Below are positions 7,611 to 16,663 of a stretch of 26,716 nt of DNA, piece after piece. Within the stretch, counting starts at the first letter, position 1. The number at the start of each line of letters is the position of its first letter. The stretch is from IMG/VR virus record IMGVR_UViG_3300029822_001031. One strand, given 5' to 3'. The DNA comes from a virus. The translations under genes and the position numbers were made by a program. A model generated the notes under the pieces. That model searched no databases and was not told where the DNA came from. It saw only the letters and a list, made by a program, of their open reading frames with translations.

Positions 7611-7883
7611 CTACTCCCCCCGCCCGCCCCTGAGCAACCGCTCCCAGATCCCCTTCCTCGGCACCTCGGCCGGGGGCAACCGCTCCAGCAGCGCCTTCTT
7701 TTCCCCCTTCTCCTGGTAAATCAGATCAAGTAGCTGCCGCTCCCGCTCCCCTGCCCGGGACAGTTCCCGCTCCAGGTCCGCCAGCCGGGCGACCTGCACA
7801 TCCCTCTCCTGCACCCGGGCGCGCAGATCAGCCACATCACCAACGAGCCGATCAACATCACCTGCCGCAAAGGACAGCATCAA
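7611..7883 (-). CDS. Coiled-coil protein with C-terminal KGIWERLL motif (DUF536/DUF3967-like, plasmid-type)
   Basis: Heptad-rich helix ending LPP...KGIWERLL. Confidence 0.65.
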   Translation of the reverse strand: MMLSFAAGDVDRLVGDVADLRARVQERDVQVARLADLERELSRAGERERQLLDLIYQEKGEKKALLERLPPAEVPRKGIWERLLRGGRGE

Positions 7884-7908
7884 AAGATTAAAGTATCCAC
7901 GCCTGCGC

Positions 7909-8232
7909 TCACATCCAATGATGTGCCGCGATATGCACGAGATTCCAGATAGGGGGCACCGCGAACATCAGCAGCACCACGGCCCACGGACCCCATCCGC
8001 TCCCCGGCCGCAGGCGCTCACACCCCCGCGACAGCGCTAAGACCCCGACAACCAGGGCCGCGACGAACGGGATCTTATACTGCACCTGCGCCAGGGGATC
8101 CCCGGCGATCGGGGCGATCGCGGGATTGAGCTCCAGCATCCCGAGAGACCAGAACCATACCGTTGTCAGGATATCGGCCGCCAGGAGTCCGGCGAGGAGA
8201 AGGAAACAAAAAAGAAGGGTTTTAGGACTCAT
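7909..8232 (-). CDS. DUF5658-like multi-TM membrane protein
   Basis: ADILTT...G..ELNP motif with three TM segments. Confidence 0.7.
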   Translation of the reverse strand: MSPKTLLFCFLLLAGLLAADILTTVWFWSLGMLELNPAIAPIAGDPLAQVQYKIPFVAALVVGVLALSRGCERLRPGSGWGPWAVVLLMFAVPPIWNLVHIAAHHWM

Positions 8233-8621
8233 AGTATTTTGTCGAGCAGCGGCACCTCGGTGCCGTCAGAGAACTTCCCGGTTACAACAATGCTACTTGG
8301 TGTCTTACTATCTTTAGTGAGGACGAGGATCTTCTGTCCAACAGTAGGGGACGCAACCTCAGTTGCGTTGATAAAAACAACCCCCGCGTCATAGAGGGAC
8401 ATATTCAGGGACACTAGGGTGGCGTGATCCGTCCCTCCCATATACGTGACGGTGGCGTTCTCTCCATTCAGCTTCGCAGTAACACCAACAGTCTTCCCGC
8501 TCTGCACATCACCTGCCAGGTCAAAGACAAACACAGCGATAACGGCCGCTAAAATCACAGTGATAGCGACCATAAGGATCACGCCGATAACCGGCGAGAC
8601 CGCATCATCATTTCTCATCAT
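8229..8621 (-). CDS. Archaeal type IV pilin (DUF1628/Pilin_N family)
   Basis: MMRNDDA|[26 protein letters not shown] is a canonical class III signal peptide and pilin N-terminus; GAGGTGG RBS before ATG at 8621. Confidence 0.92.
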   Translation of the reverse strand: MMRNDDAVSPVIGVILMVAITVILAAVIAVFVFDLAGDVQSGKTVGVTAKLNGENATVTYMGGTDHATLVSLNMSLYDAGVVFINATEVASPTVGQKILVLTKDSKTPSSIVVTGKFSDGTEVPLLDKIL

Positions 8622-8664
8622 CGATCCACCTCTCTGACTACTCAGTGATACTCCCAAATCTTCA

Positions 8665-8682
8665 CCTAAATATAAATATCTT
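8665..8682 (-). promoter_or_regulatory. TATA box for pilin cassette
   Basis: Minus strand AAGATATTTATATTTAGG about 50 nt upstream of pilin ATG. Confidence 0.6.
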
Positions 8683-9080
8683 ACGCTGTCCGATGCCAGA
8701 GAAACAAGATCCCCATCAACGAGAATCCCAGGGAACCCCTATTCACAAAACGCCGCGCGGGGGAACGATTCCCCACAGGCAATGTTTTTATGCCTTGCCC
8801 CCTATAGACTCAGTTGTCGGCCGGGGCAGACGACAAACAGGTCTCGATCCACCTCTTTGACCTCCTGCCCCACATCCCTTCACACTGGACAGAAACCCTT
8901 TTCTCTCTCTTCCGCGCACTCCATACCTGCGGGTGGGGCAGCCGCAAATCGTAAATTGTTCATCATACACAGGACAACCAAATCCTGCCCCTCACAGCGG
9001 ACCAAAAGGCGCAACGGTCTACCTCAACGAGCCTTGGTGCTCGAAACCTATATCTCCCCGGAGCACGCAAACCACATCAT

Positions 9081-9239
9081 ATGATGTGCGCGCACAGCAC
9101 CTCGTTGCCGGCAGACGCGCCTGCCGTGCAGCACGCCCCTGATAACATACTTGACGGCGGCCCCTCGATCCTCGAAGCGGCCCCGTACCTCCTCGTCACC
9201 CTGCTCGCCCTGGCCCTCAGCCCGCTCCGGAGGCGGTAG
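9081..9239 (+). CDS. Small C-terminally anchored membrane peptide (52 aa), first gene of structural operon
   Basis: Translated by hand: MMCAH...APYLLVTLLALALSPLRRR; TATA-like cctatatc about 30 nt upstream; stop 3 nt before spike ATG. Confidence 0.5.
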   Translation: MMCAHSTSLPADAPAVQHAPDNILDGGPSILEAAPYLLVTLLALALSPLRRR

Positions 9240-9242
9240 TCG

Positions 9243-11807
9243 ATGACCAGCCGCCCTCGTGACGGAGGGCCGGGCATCCGGCAATCCCTCCTCAGGGTCA
9301 CGCTCCTCATGGTATCGCTCATGGCGATGCTCATCTCCCCGATATCTGCAGAGGAAATACGTATCGATATCACTGACGAGCGTGTTGAATCATTATCGCA
9401 TACTGTTGGGGCCGCGAGTTCTCCTGTGCTAACATCATACTATGTGGGTGATATAGGTGTAGCCGACATTTCAACATTTACAGACCCTCATTCCCTGATA
9501 TGGTTTCCGGGCGGGTCGATACATCTAAGAAATCCGCAGGTATACGCAGAAACAATTTCAGCCGAATACACCTATAAGGATACCAATATCGGGTCTGGTT
9601 ATCTATCGTATTATCTTGACGTTGACGGCACAAATAGCTACATTGTAATTGTCTTTGATTCGTGGAATGCGTCGGTAATTGGCAGCGATACAGGGAGCGG
9701 TTCCATAGGCATCTCATACAATTACACCGAGTGGAATGTTGAAAAATTCTCCTACCTCAAGGTCAACTATCGAATCGGTCCCGTATGGCTCCAGTTTCCT
9801 GGAAACTACACCATGAATTTTAAGTTGTCATTACATAACGTAATTACGCTCACAAATCAAACCCCCGAAACCTATAATTTAACCGTTCAGAAACAATTCG
9901 AAACGTCGTATATTACTCGCACCCTTATCAAATCTGTAATCAAAACTACCCCGTATATAGATGTATTGAGTAACCAAAATATATATCTCAGTGTACCTAT
10001 TGATGACGCTCCGTATGAGGTTGCAACCTATTACCCACCGATGGATCGGTGGTATAATCGCACGATCAACACCTCCACCGTCAACGGCGACCCCGCCGGC
10101 CCCACCACCATCTACGTCCGCGACTCCCAGACCGGCGCCCTCCTCGCCGGCGCCCACCTCGTCATCACCGACGCCGCGACCTCCCCGACTACTGAGGTCG
10201 TCAACCAAACCCTCTCCGCCGGCACCGGGACGTTCAGCCTACCGAAAGCCGACTCACTCCGCTACCACGCATCCGCCACCGCCGACGGCTACGCGCTCCT
10301 CTCCCCGATCCTCTTCGGCGTCCCGGAGGACGGCACGACCATCATCCTCTGGATGTCTCCCGACGCCCCGCCCGACGTCCCCACCGAGCCCGAAAAATCC
10401 ATGCTCTACGGCTACATCCAGACCCAGGGCAGCCAGCAGCCGATCCCGGGCGCGATCGTCTCGCTGGACGGCTACGGCAGCACCACGACGAGCAGCACCG
10501 GCTTCTACCTCTTCAACAACGTCACGCCGGGCACTTACGACATCTCCGCCTCCGCCCCGCTCCACACCACCCTCTCCGAGCCCGTCACTGTGGACGCCAC
10601 CGCGACCCAACACAACCTCGCACTCAAAGGACATTTCCTCCTCACCGTCACCATCATGGACGGCGACGACCTCACAACCCTCCACAACACCACCATCTCC
10701 CTCAGCGACGGGCAGGAGAGCACCCAGAACCCCGCGACGTTCACCGCCGACTACGGCCCCTACACCATCACCGCGGCCGCCGGAGGCTACTACCCGCAGA
10801 TCCAATCCGCATACCTCGACAAGCCCGGCACCACCACCGCCACCGTCCTCCTGACCGCCAAACCCGAACCCGTCCCCCCGCCGGAGATGCCCAACTATCC
10901 CCCGCACAACGTCAAATTCACTATCCAAACCCTCCTCGGCACCCCAATATCCGGCGTCAGCGTCACCGCGCAGGGGATCCAGCAAACCCCCTCCACCAAC
11001 ATCCTCGAGCGCCTGCTAGGTCTCAACATGACCGCGACCCCGATCAACAGCGAATTAATGAACGGGACCACCGACAGCAACGGGGAAATTAATTTTATGA
11101 TGGTGGAAGCGGTAAAATACCAGATCTCCATTTACAAGCCCGATGTTGTCAACCAGACGCTAGAAATCTACCCCAAAGAAGACACCTACCCGATCATCAT
11201 CTCCACCGCTGGCGGCCCCCTCCTCCCTGACGCCGGTGACGCACTCCGAGACATCCATATCAACGTCACCACCAGCACTGAAGGCGACACCGGCCACATC
11301 CATATCGACTACAACGACACCACCCGCAAGACCACGAGCCTCACCATCCAGGTCACGCAGCAGAACACCACCGACTCCTCGGCACCAGAAGAAATCATCG
11401 CCTCACACACCGTAGCGAACGACGCCAACGTCACCCACACCTTCGACCTCTCCGTCTACAAAGGGCACTCCTACTTTGTCCGGCTCGAAGCAGAACACCC
11501 CGACTACGGCACCGTCCACAGAGACTACGCCGTCGCGTTCAAAGGCGTCCGGGTCCCGCTCGGCCCGCTCCCCGACGGCTTATATATCTACGTCGCCGGG
11601 TTCGGCCTCATGCTCCTCGGCGGCATCTTCGGCGCGACCAGCGCCACCCGGGGCGTGGTCGTGATCGCCCTCGCCGGCTGGCTCTTCTGGGGCTTCGGCT
11701 GGCTCGACGATCTCGGCCTCATCGCCCCGGTCTCGCTCGGGCTCGTCAGCACCCTCGCGGTGATGGGCGTCATCGTCACCCGATACCGGGAGGAGGGATA
11801 TCAATGA
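9243..11807 (+). CDS. Large virion spike/terminal adsorption protein: signal peptide, variable N-domain, carboxypeptidase-regulatory-like beta-sandwich repeats, C-terminal TM helices
   Basis: Signal peptide ending ISA|EE; YGYIQTQ...PIPGAIVSL...TGFYLFNNVTPGTYDISASA repeat type; many N-x-S/T sequons; three hydrophobic helices at C-terminus. Confidence 0.75.
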   Translation: MTSRPRDGGPGIRQSLLRVTLLMVSLMAMLISPISAEEIRIDITDERVESLSHTVGAASSPVLTSYYVGDIGVADISTFTDPHSLIWFPGGSIHLRNPQVYAETISAEYTYKDTNIGSGYLSYYLDVDGTNSYIVIVFDSWNASVIGSDTGSGSIGISYNYTEWNVEKFSYLKVNYRIGPVWLQFPGNYTMNFKLSLHNVITLTNQTPETYNLTVQKQFETSYITRTLIKSVIKTTPYIDVLSNQNIYLSVPIDDAPYEVATYYPPMDRWYNRTINTSTVNGDPAGPTTIYVRDSQTGALLAGAHLVITDAATSPTTEVVNQTLSAGTGTFSLPKADSLRYHASATADGYALLSPILFGVPEDGTTIILWMSPDAPPDVPTEPEKSMLYGYIQTQGSQQPIPGAIVSLDGYGSTTTSSTGFYLFNNVTPGTYDISASAPLHTTLSEPVTVDATATQHNLALKGHFLLTVTIMDGDDLTTLHNTTISLSDGQESTQNPATFTADYGPYTITAAAGGYYPQIQSAYLDKPGTTTATVLLTAKPEPVPPPEMPNYPPHNVKFTIQTLLGTPISGVSVTAQGIQQTPSTNILERLLGLNMTATPINSELMNGTTDSNGEINFMMVEAVKYQISIYKPDVVNQTLEIYPKEDTYPIIISTAGGPLLPDAGDALRDIHINVTTSTEGDTGHIHIDYNDTTRKTTSLTIQVTQQNTTDSSAPEEIIASHTVANDANVTHTFDLSVYKGHSYFVRLEAEHPDYGTVHRDYAVAFKGVRVPLGPLPDGLYIYVAGFGLMLLGGIFGATSATRGVVVIALAGWLFWGFGWLDDLGLIAPVSLGLVSTLAVMGVIVTRYREEGYQ

Positions 11808-12175
11808 GTAGAGCCTATACCATCGCATTAGCCCTCTTTGCCTTCGGCTTCGTCGTCGGAGGCGTCAACGCGCTCGGCATCTTCACCACCGCGCTCCCCG
11901 GCAGCGACATGGCCCTCGGAGAGTCGCAGGTGATGGAAATCACTGCCGGCGCCACATCGGGCGGGGCCTCGCCCCTCTACCCGATCACTGTGCTGTTCAC
12001 CCTCGGCGGCGTATTCTTTGAGGCACTGAAAACTGCCCTCACAATCATCCCGCTCTTGACCAGATACGGCATAGATCCGATCGTCGCCATGATGTTCCAG
12101 GGGCCGATCTGGTTCGTCTACATCGCCGCCGTGGTGCAATTCTTTTCCGGCCGGTCTCTGAAGGGGAGTGAGTGA
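11804..12175 (+). CDS. Virion membrane protein
   Basis: Hydrophobic N-terminus and C-terminal TMs ending QFFSGRSLKGSE; ATGA coupled to spike. Confidence 0.75.
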   Translation: MSRAYTIALALFAFGFVVGGVNALGIFTTALPGSDMALGESQVMEITAGATSGGASPLYPITVLFTLGGVFFEALKTALTIIPLLTRYGIDPIVAMMFQGPIWFVYIAAVVQFFSGRSLKGSE

Positions 12176-13937
12176 CGTGCGGCGCCCGGCCCTCGCCCTC
12201 CTCCTCGGCTGCCTCCTGCTCGTCGCCGGGGCCTCGGCCCTCGACGGCTACGACTATTACCAGACCATCGAGTACGCCGGCTGCGACCAGGATATCTATC
12301 AACAGGACATCGTGATCCACCGCACGACCGGCACCGCGTACAACGAGACCGCCGGCGGGCTGGAGACCTGGCATATCTATGTTGGGGAGCACTGCCGGGA
12401 GGATTACGGGGATATCAGGTTCGCCAACAGCAGCGCCGAGTTAGATTACTACCTTTGGCCGGACTACAACAGCAGCAGCGCCCGGTTCGCCGTGCGACTG
12501 GAGGGGGCGACGAGTGCGGGGCAGATGCAGGTCTGGTATGGGAACTCGGCGGCGGCAACCACGAGCGACGGCGACGCGACGTACATTTTCTTCGATCAAT
12601 TCAAGGGGTCCGCTCTCGACACCGAGAAATGGTCTAACTCTGGGGCGACAGGAGAAGTCACCGTTACGGGTGGAGAGGCCATTATTCACGCCGTCGCCGG
12701 GGGTGCGGGGAATAGGTATATCACTTCAAAGCCTTCCTTCGATGGGATAGGCAATTTCTCCGTAGAGATCAAGGCGAAGCACAATCCGAATGGGGGGAAC
12801 CGCGCAGGAGTGAGTATCGCCGCGGGGCGCGGCGATAGGTGGTTATATGGGGCCGGAGTGTATGGGGCCTCGTTCGAGCGATTGTATGCGCTCGGCCACC
12901 CGATCCACAATCAGTACTGGTACGCGAATAGCGCTCAACTATCATCGACGGTTAATGCGGAGACCTATAACGTCTTCCGATTCGACATTTACCAGTCTAA
13001 TACCCGTGCAGATTACTACGCTAACGGGGTCCGCGCGTATCAGGGGCGGCCCATCACCTTCAACAGTTTTCCACATATCGAACTGTATATCGCGACCTGG
13101 GATTCAGGCAACAATCCGAAGCTTCATGTCGAATATGCTTTAGTTCGCGCCTACAGCGCCACCCCACCCGCCGCCACAACCTTCAGCGGCGAACAGGAAA
13201 CCGCCGCCCCGCCCGCAACCGCCTTCACCGCCGCCCCCACCGCCGGCCTCGCCCCGCTCACCGTCCAGTTCACCGACCGCTCCACCGGCACCCCGACCGC
13301 GTGGTCCTGGTCCTTCGGGGACGGCAACACCTCAACCGCCCAGAACCCGCAGCACACCTACACCGCCCCCGGCACCTACTCCGTCAACCTCACCGCCACC
13401 AACGAATACGGCAGCACCCCTGCGACCAAACTCGACTACATCACCGTCTACGCTCTCATCACCGCACAGTTCACCGCCAACACCACCGGCGGCACCGCCC
13501 CCGTCGCAGTCCAGTTCACCGACACCAGCACCGGCAGCCCGACCTCATGGGCGTGGACCTTCGGGGACGGCAACACCTCCACCGCCCAGAACCCGCAGCA
13601 CACCTACGCCACAGCCGGCACCCACACCGTCACCCTCACCGCCTCGCACCCCTACGACAGCGATACCGAGACGAAAACCGCCTACATCACCGTCGCCGTC
13701 CTCCAGCCCTACCCCGGCCTCGCCCTCATCCCCCGCGACCTCGCCGGCAACGGCCTCTACACCGACATCAACGGCAACAACCGCCTCGACTACAATGACC
13801 TCACCGTCTTCTTCCAGAACCTCGCCTGGGCCAAAACCGCCCAACCCATCGCGTGCTTTGACTTCAACGGCAACGGCTGGCTCGACTACAATGATGTGAT
13901 CACCCTATTCTCGACAATCATGGAGGAACACACATGA
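12168..13937 (+). CDS. Secreted adhesin: signal peptide - DUF2341 - lectin/LamG-like region - 2x PKD - dockerin
   Basis: AGASA| signal; CREDYGDIRF...LDYY...WYGN...FFDQF (DUF2341); two AFT/QFT...VQFTD.STG.PT.W.W.FGDGNTST.QNP.HTY PKD repeats; duplicated Ca-binding loops DINGNNRLDYND and DFNGNGWLDYND (dockerin, about 13731-13922); no C-terminal TM. Confidence 0.88.
   Translation: MSDVRRPALALLLGCLLLVAGASALDGYDYYQTIEYAGCDQDIYQQDIVIHRTTGTAYNETAGGLETWHIYVGEHCREDYGDIRFANSSAELDYYLWPDYNSSSARFAVRLEGATSAGQMQVWYGNSAAATTSDGDATYIFFDQFKGSALDTEKWSNSGATGEVTVTGGEAIIHAVAGGAGNRYITSKPSFDGIGNFSVEIKAKHNPNGGNRAGVSIAAGRGDRWLYGAGVYGASFERLYALGHPIHNQYWYANSAQLSSTVNAETYNVFRFDIYQSNTRADYYANGVRAYQGRPITFNSFPHIELYIATWDSGNNPKLHVEYALVRAYSATPPAATTFSGEQETAAPPATAFTAAPTAGLAPLTVQFTDRSTGTPTAWSWSFGDGNTSTAQNPQHTYTAPGTYSVNLTATNEYGSTPATKLDYITVYALITAQFTANTTGGTAPVAVQFTDTSTGSPTSWAWTFGDGNTSTAQNPQHTYATAGTHTVTLTASHPYDSDTETKTAYITVAVLQPYPGLALIPRDLAGNGLYTDINGNNRLDYNDLTVFFQNLAWAKTAQPIACFDFNGNGWLDYNDVITLFSTIMEEHT
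13312..13607 (+). repeat. Near-identical 50-bp DNA repeat in the two PKD domains
   Basis: 13312-13361 vs 13558-13607 differ at one position. Confidence 0.8.
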
Positions 13938-14770
13938 CTCGAAAACTCTTACTCGTGGCGCTGCTCGTCGTCGCCCTGCTCGTAACCCCGGCACTGGCGG
14001 CGACCATCTCCGCCCACAGCACCACGGCATACGTAGGGCAGGCGCCCAAAGAGGTTAACATCGTCCTCGACAGCGCCCCGGCCGGCCTCTCCGGCTACGA
14101 CATCACCGTATCGGTATCAGGCCCCGCCCTCGCAACCATCGCGGCCGCCAGCAAACCCGGGTGGGCCACGATCGGCACCGTGGGCGCAACCCCGGCTGCC
14201 TCCGTCCAGATCACCGGCGCGGACATCAACGACCAGATCCCGTCAGGAGCAACCGGGATCCTCCTCGGCACCGTCGCCGTTCGGGCTCTCGACGCCGGCA
14301 CGGTAGACCTCACCATCACCGTCACCGCGCTCGACGACGACACCGGCACCCCGATCACAGCCACAACACAGGCCGGCACCATCACCTTACTCAGCGGCTC
14401 CCGGCCCAAAACCACCGCCCCGATCCCGACCCTCGACGAGGCCCCCTACCTACTCCTCACCGGAGCCTTCGGCGGCAACAATCAACTCAACGAAACCACC
14501 GAAGGGGTAGACTGGCTCGGCATGAAAGACGCCGCCGAGCGGCCCTACACCGACGCGATCGGGCCGTTCTTCTACGTCATCGTCTTCGCCATCCCCTTCC
14601 TGATGCAGTGGTTGAGGCAGGGGAGCATGGCGGTGCCGGCAGCGATCGGGATCATCCTGGGCGGGATCATGCTGGCGAAAACCCCCGCAGAATACCACCT
14701 CGCCGCGATAGCGTTCATTGCGCTCAGCATCCTGGCGGTCGTGTGGGGAGTCATCAAGGATAGGAACTAG
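13934..14770 (+). CDS. Cohesin-domain membrane protein (signal peptide - cohesin - linker - multi-TM anchor)
   Basis: VNIVLDSAPAGLSGYDITVSVS...A.I...P.WA...V.I.GAD.NDQI.SGAT.ILLGTV.VRA..AG...L.ITVT.LDDD.G.PI matches methanogen cohesin pattern (about 14000-14390); C-terminal TM helices; ATGA overlap with dockerin gene. Confidence 0.82.
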   Translation: MTRKLLLVALLVVALLVTPALAATISAHSTTAYVGQAPKEVNIVLDSAPAGLSGYDITVSVSGPALATIAAASKPGWATIGTVGATPAASVQITGADINDQIPSGATGILLGTVAVRALDAGTVDLTITVTALDDDTGTPITATTQAGTITLLSGSRPKTTAPIPTLDEAPYLLLTGAFGGNNQLNETTEGVDWLGMKDAAERPYTDAIGPFFYVIVFAIPFLMQWLRQGSMAVPAAIGIILGGIMLAKTPAEYHLAAIAFIALSILAVVWGVIKDRN

Positions 14771-14780
14771 GAGCGAGAAC

Positions 14781-14945
14781 ATGATGCCAAAACTCTATTT
14801 CGGGCGCCTCACACTCTACGATGAGGAGGGACGGATCTACGACATCAAGAACACCAAAGTCTCCCGGGCAATCCCCGAGATCAACCAGATCCTCCAGGCG
14901 CGGGGAATGGACATAGAACTCGCGCTCACGGAGGTGGAACGGTGA
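14781..14945 (+). CDS. Small soluble protein (54 aa, MMPKLYFGRL...)
   Basis: GGAG RBS; stop overlaps next start. Confidence 0.6.
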   Translation: MMPKLYFGRLTLYDEEGRIYDIKNTKVSRAIPEINQILQARGMDIELALTEVER

Positions 14946-15307
14946 TAGCCACATCCCTCTTCATCGCCCTGCTCCTGCTCGACGCCGCCCTGATCGCAAT
15001 CGCCTTCCTTGCGACAGATAACCGCCTCTTCATGGACATCCTCTCGGCGGTCGGGGCCGCGATCCTCTCCTGGTATCTCGCCCTCAGCACCCTCGGCGGC
15101 AATGTCGGGGACATCACTACGGTCGCGCTGACTACAGCAGAGAACATCACCACCAACATCACCACAATCGAGTACGGCACCCTGACCGCAACCACCGTAG
15201 ACCCCGCGCTCGGTCTCCTCCTCTCCGGGGTCGCAGCGGTCATGACAATTGTATCCCTGGCGCTTATCATCTCGCTCGGGTTGGAAATCATGAAGGAGCT
15301 GGAATAA
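14942..15307 (+). CDS. Three-TM virion membrane protein
   Basis: Hydrophobic helices, Thr-rich loop with two NIT sequons. Confidence 0.75.
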   Translation: MIATSLFIALLLLDAALIAIAFLATDNRLFMDILSAVGAAILSWYLALSTLGGNVGDITTVALTTAENITTNITTIEYGTLTATTVDPALGLLLSGVAAVMTIVSLALIISLGLEIMKELE

Positions 15308-15561
15308 TGGCAACTGGACTCAACACCATCCTCGGGGCGGCCCTTGTGGTCTTCGCCCTGGTTATCGGCCTCACGTACGGCATCAGTGCGCTCGGGGCTG
15401 CGGACAGCGCGACGAACATGACGGACTCCCCATACGAGGATCAGTACAACGCCACTGTAGACGCATCAACTGCATCAATCTCCCTAATCTCCTATCTGCC
15501 GGTGATGCTCGTGATCATCGCGCTGATCGCCGGTTTCGTCATCCTCCGCCGGCTGATTTGA
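15307..15561 (+). CDS. Two-helix hairpin capsid-like protein (spindle-virus VP1/VP3-like)
   Basis: TM - glycosylatable loop (NMT, NAT) - YLPVMLVIIALIAGF TM - basic tail LRRLI; pattern as in SSV1 VP1/VP3 and His1 MCP. Confidence 0.65.
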   Translation: MATGLNTILGAALVVFALVIGLTYGISALGAADSATNMTDSPYEDQYNATVDASTASISLISYLPVMLVIIALIAGFVILRRLI

Positions 15562-15590
15562 CCGGCCCCCCTCCCCCTCCCCCATTAGAC

Positions 15591-15607
15591 GGGAAATCTA
15601 TATATAA
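15591..15607 (+). promoter_or_regulatory. BRE/TATA promoter for candidate major capsid protein
   Basis: gggaaa + ctatatataa following a C-rich tract after the previous stop. Confidence 0.65.
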
Positions 15608-15651
15608 TTGAAAGGACGATATACTCTCCATCGGAGGAATCTACAGAAGTC

Positions 15652-16038
15652 TTGGCTCTTGATAAATCCCTCGAAGTCTGCACCGCTCTGATGGAGTGGG
15701 CAAAGGAAACGCAGAAGAAACTCTTTTCCCGGCGCATGAACGAGTCCGGCAACACCATGATCGACGTCGCAGTGACGATGGCGATCGGGCTGATCGTGCT
15801 CGTGGCGGTATTCTCTCTCGCACCCCTGATCGGGTCCAACATCGACGGTGCGGCGTCGATCCCCGCCGACTCGCAGTGGAATGCCACCGAGAACACGGAA
15901 ATCCCCACAGGCGTTGACATCTGGACGCAGAATGCCGGTCTCCTGATGCTCGCCGTGATGGTCTCCATCCTTGCGATGATCATCTGGGCTATCATGAGGA
16001 TCCGGGGCAACAGCGGAGGGTCCGGAGGCGGGATCTAA
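15652..16038 (+). CDS. Candidate major capsid protein (hairpin, charged N-terminal leader; alternative starts 15691/15736)
   Basis: KKLFSRRMNESG leader then hydrophobic helix, NAT sequon loop, second helix, basic RIR tail; own strong promoter. Confidence 0.62.
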   Translation: MALDKSLEVCTALMEWAKETQKKLFSRRMNESGNTMIDVAVTMAIGLIVLVAVFSLAPLIGSNIDGAASIPADSQWNATENTEIPTGVDIWTQNAGLLMLAVMVSILAMIIWAIMRIRGNSGGSGGGI

Positions 16039-16084
16039 TCCCCCTTCCATTCCTCCATAACACTATGACTACACAGGAGATTTC

Positions 16085-16663
16085 ATGGATGGTTACGACT
16101 CCCCCGACTTCCCGGACCAGAACGATTGGGGCGGAGAGTGCGGGGTCGATTACGGCACCGACCCTCAGCAGCACCCCGCAGCACCCACCGGCCGCCCGGC
16201 CGTCCCTTACGTAGCCGAGCACTACAACTATCTCGAAAGCCTCTATTCTTCAGACTACCGCCCGTACCTGATCCAGCGGATCAATGCCAGCCATCTCTCT
16301 CCTGGGGCGAAGCGGGCCTTCGTATCAACGATCCGCAACTTCTTCTCCCACACGGCGCTCCTCTCCTACCAGCGGGACGCGGAGATCGCAGAGATTGACC
16401 TCGACATCGCGCTCAACCTCCTGGCACTCAGCTGTAACAAAGTCGACATCAACCTCCCCGAATACCCGCACCTGATAGAGCTCATCCGGGCGCATTTCAA
16501 CCGGTTCATCGTCTCCCGCACCCTCGGCGTAGAACGAGAACGGATCCTGCAGAACAGAACAACCTACGAGAGCGTGAGTAAGATCACCAATGAAGAAGAA
16601 AAGAAACGAGCAAAACGCGGGCTCGGCATCATCGGCCGGGTCTTCGGTGGAGGCGACAACTAA
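16085..16663 (+). CDS. Soluble morphogenesis-block protein
   Basis: CAGGAG RBS; C-terminal SRTLGVERERILQ...RGLGIIGRVFGGG; coupled to next gene. Confidence 0.75.
   Translation: MDGYDSPDFPDQNDWGGECGVDYGTDPQQHPAAPTGRPAVPYVAEHYNYLESLYSSDYRPYLIQRINASHLSPGAKRAFVSTIRNFFSHTALLSYQRDAEIAEIDLDIALNLLALSCNKVDINLPEYPHLIELIRAHFNRFIVSRTLGVERERILQNRTTYESVSKITNEEEKKRAKRGLGIIGRVFGGGDN

Noticed and set aside
8229-8621. Archaellin
   Set aside because: N-terminus is [19 protein letters not shown] (DUF1628 pilin), not the archaellin GIGTLIVFIAMVLVAAVAA pattern; no arl genes.
8700-9050. ORFs 8788..8970 (-) and 8782..9084 (+)
   Set aside because: No convincing RBS or protein-like composition; likely divergent intergenic DNA.
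12168-14770. Polysaccharide-degrading cellulosome
   Set aside because: No glycoside hydrolase or other catalytic domain recognised; single cohesin; context is a virion operon.
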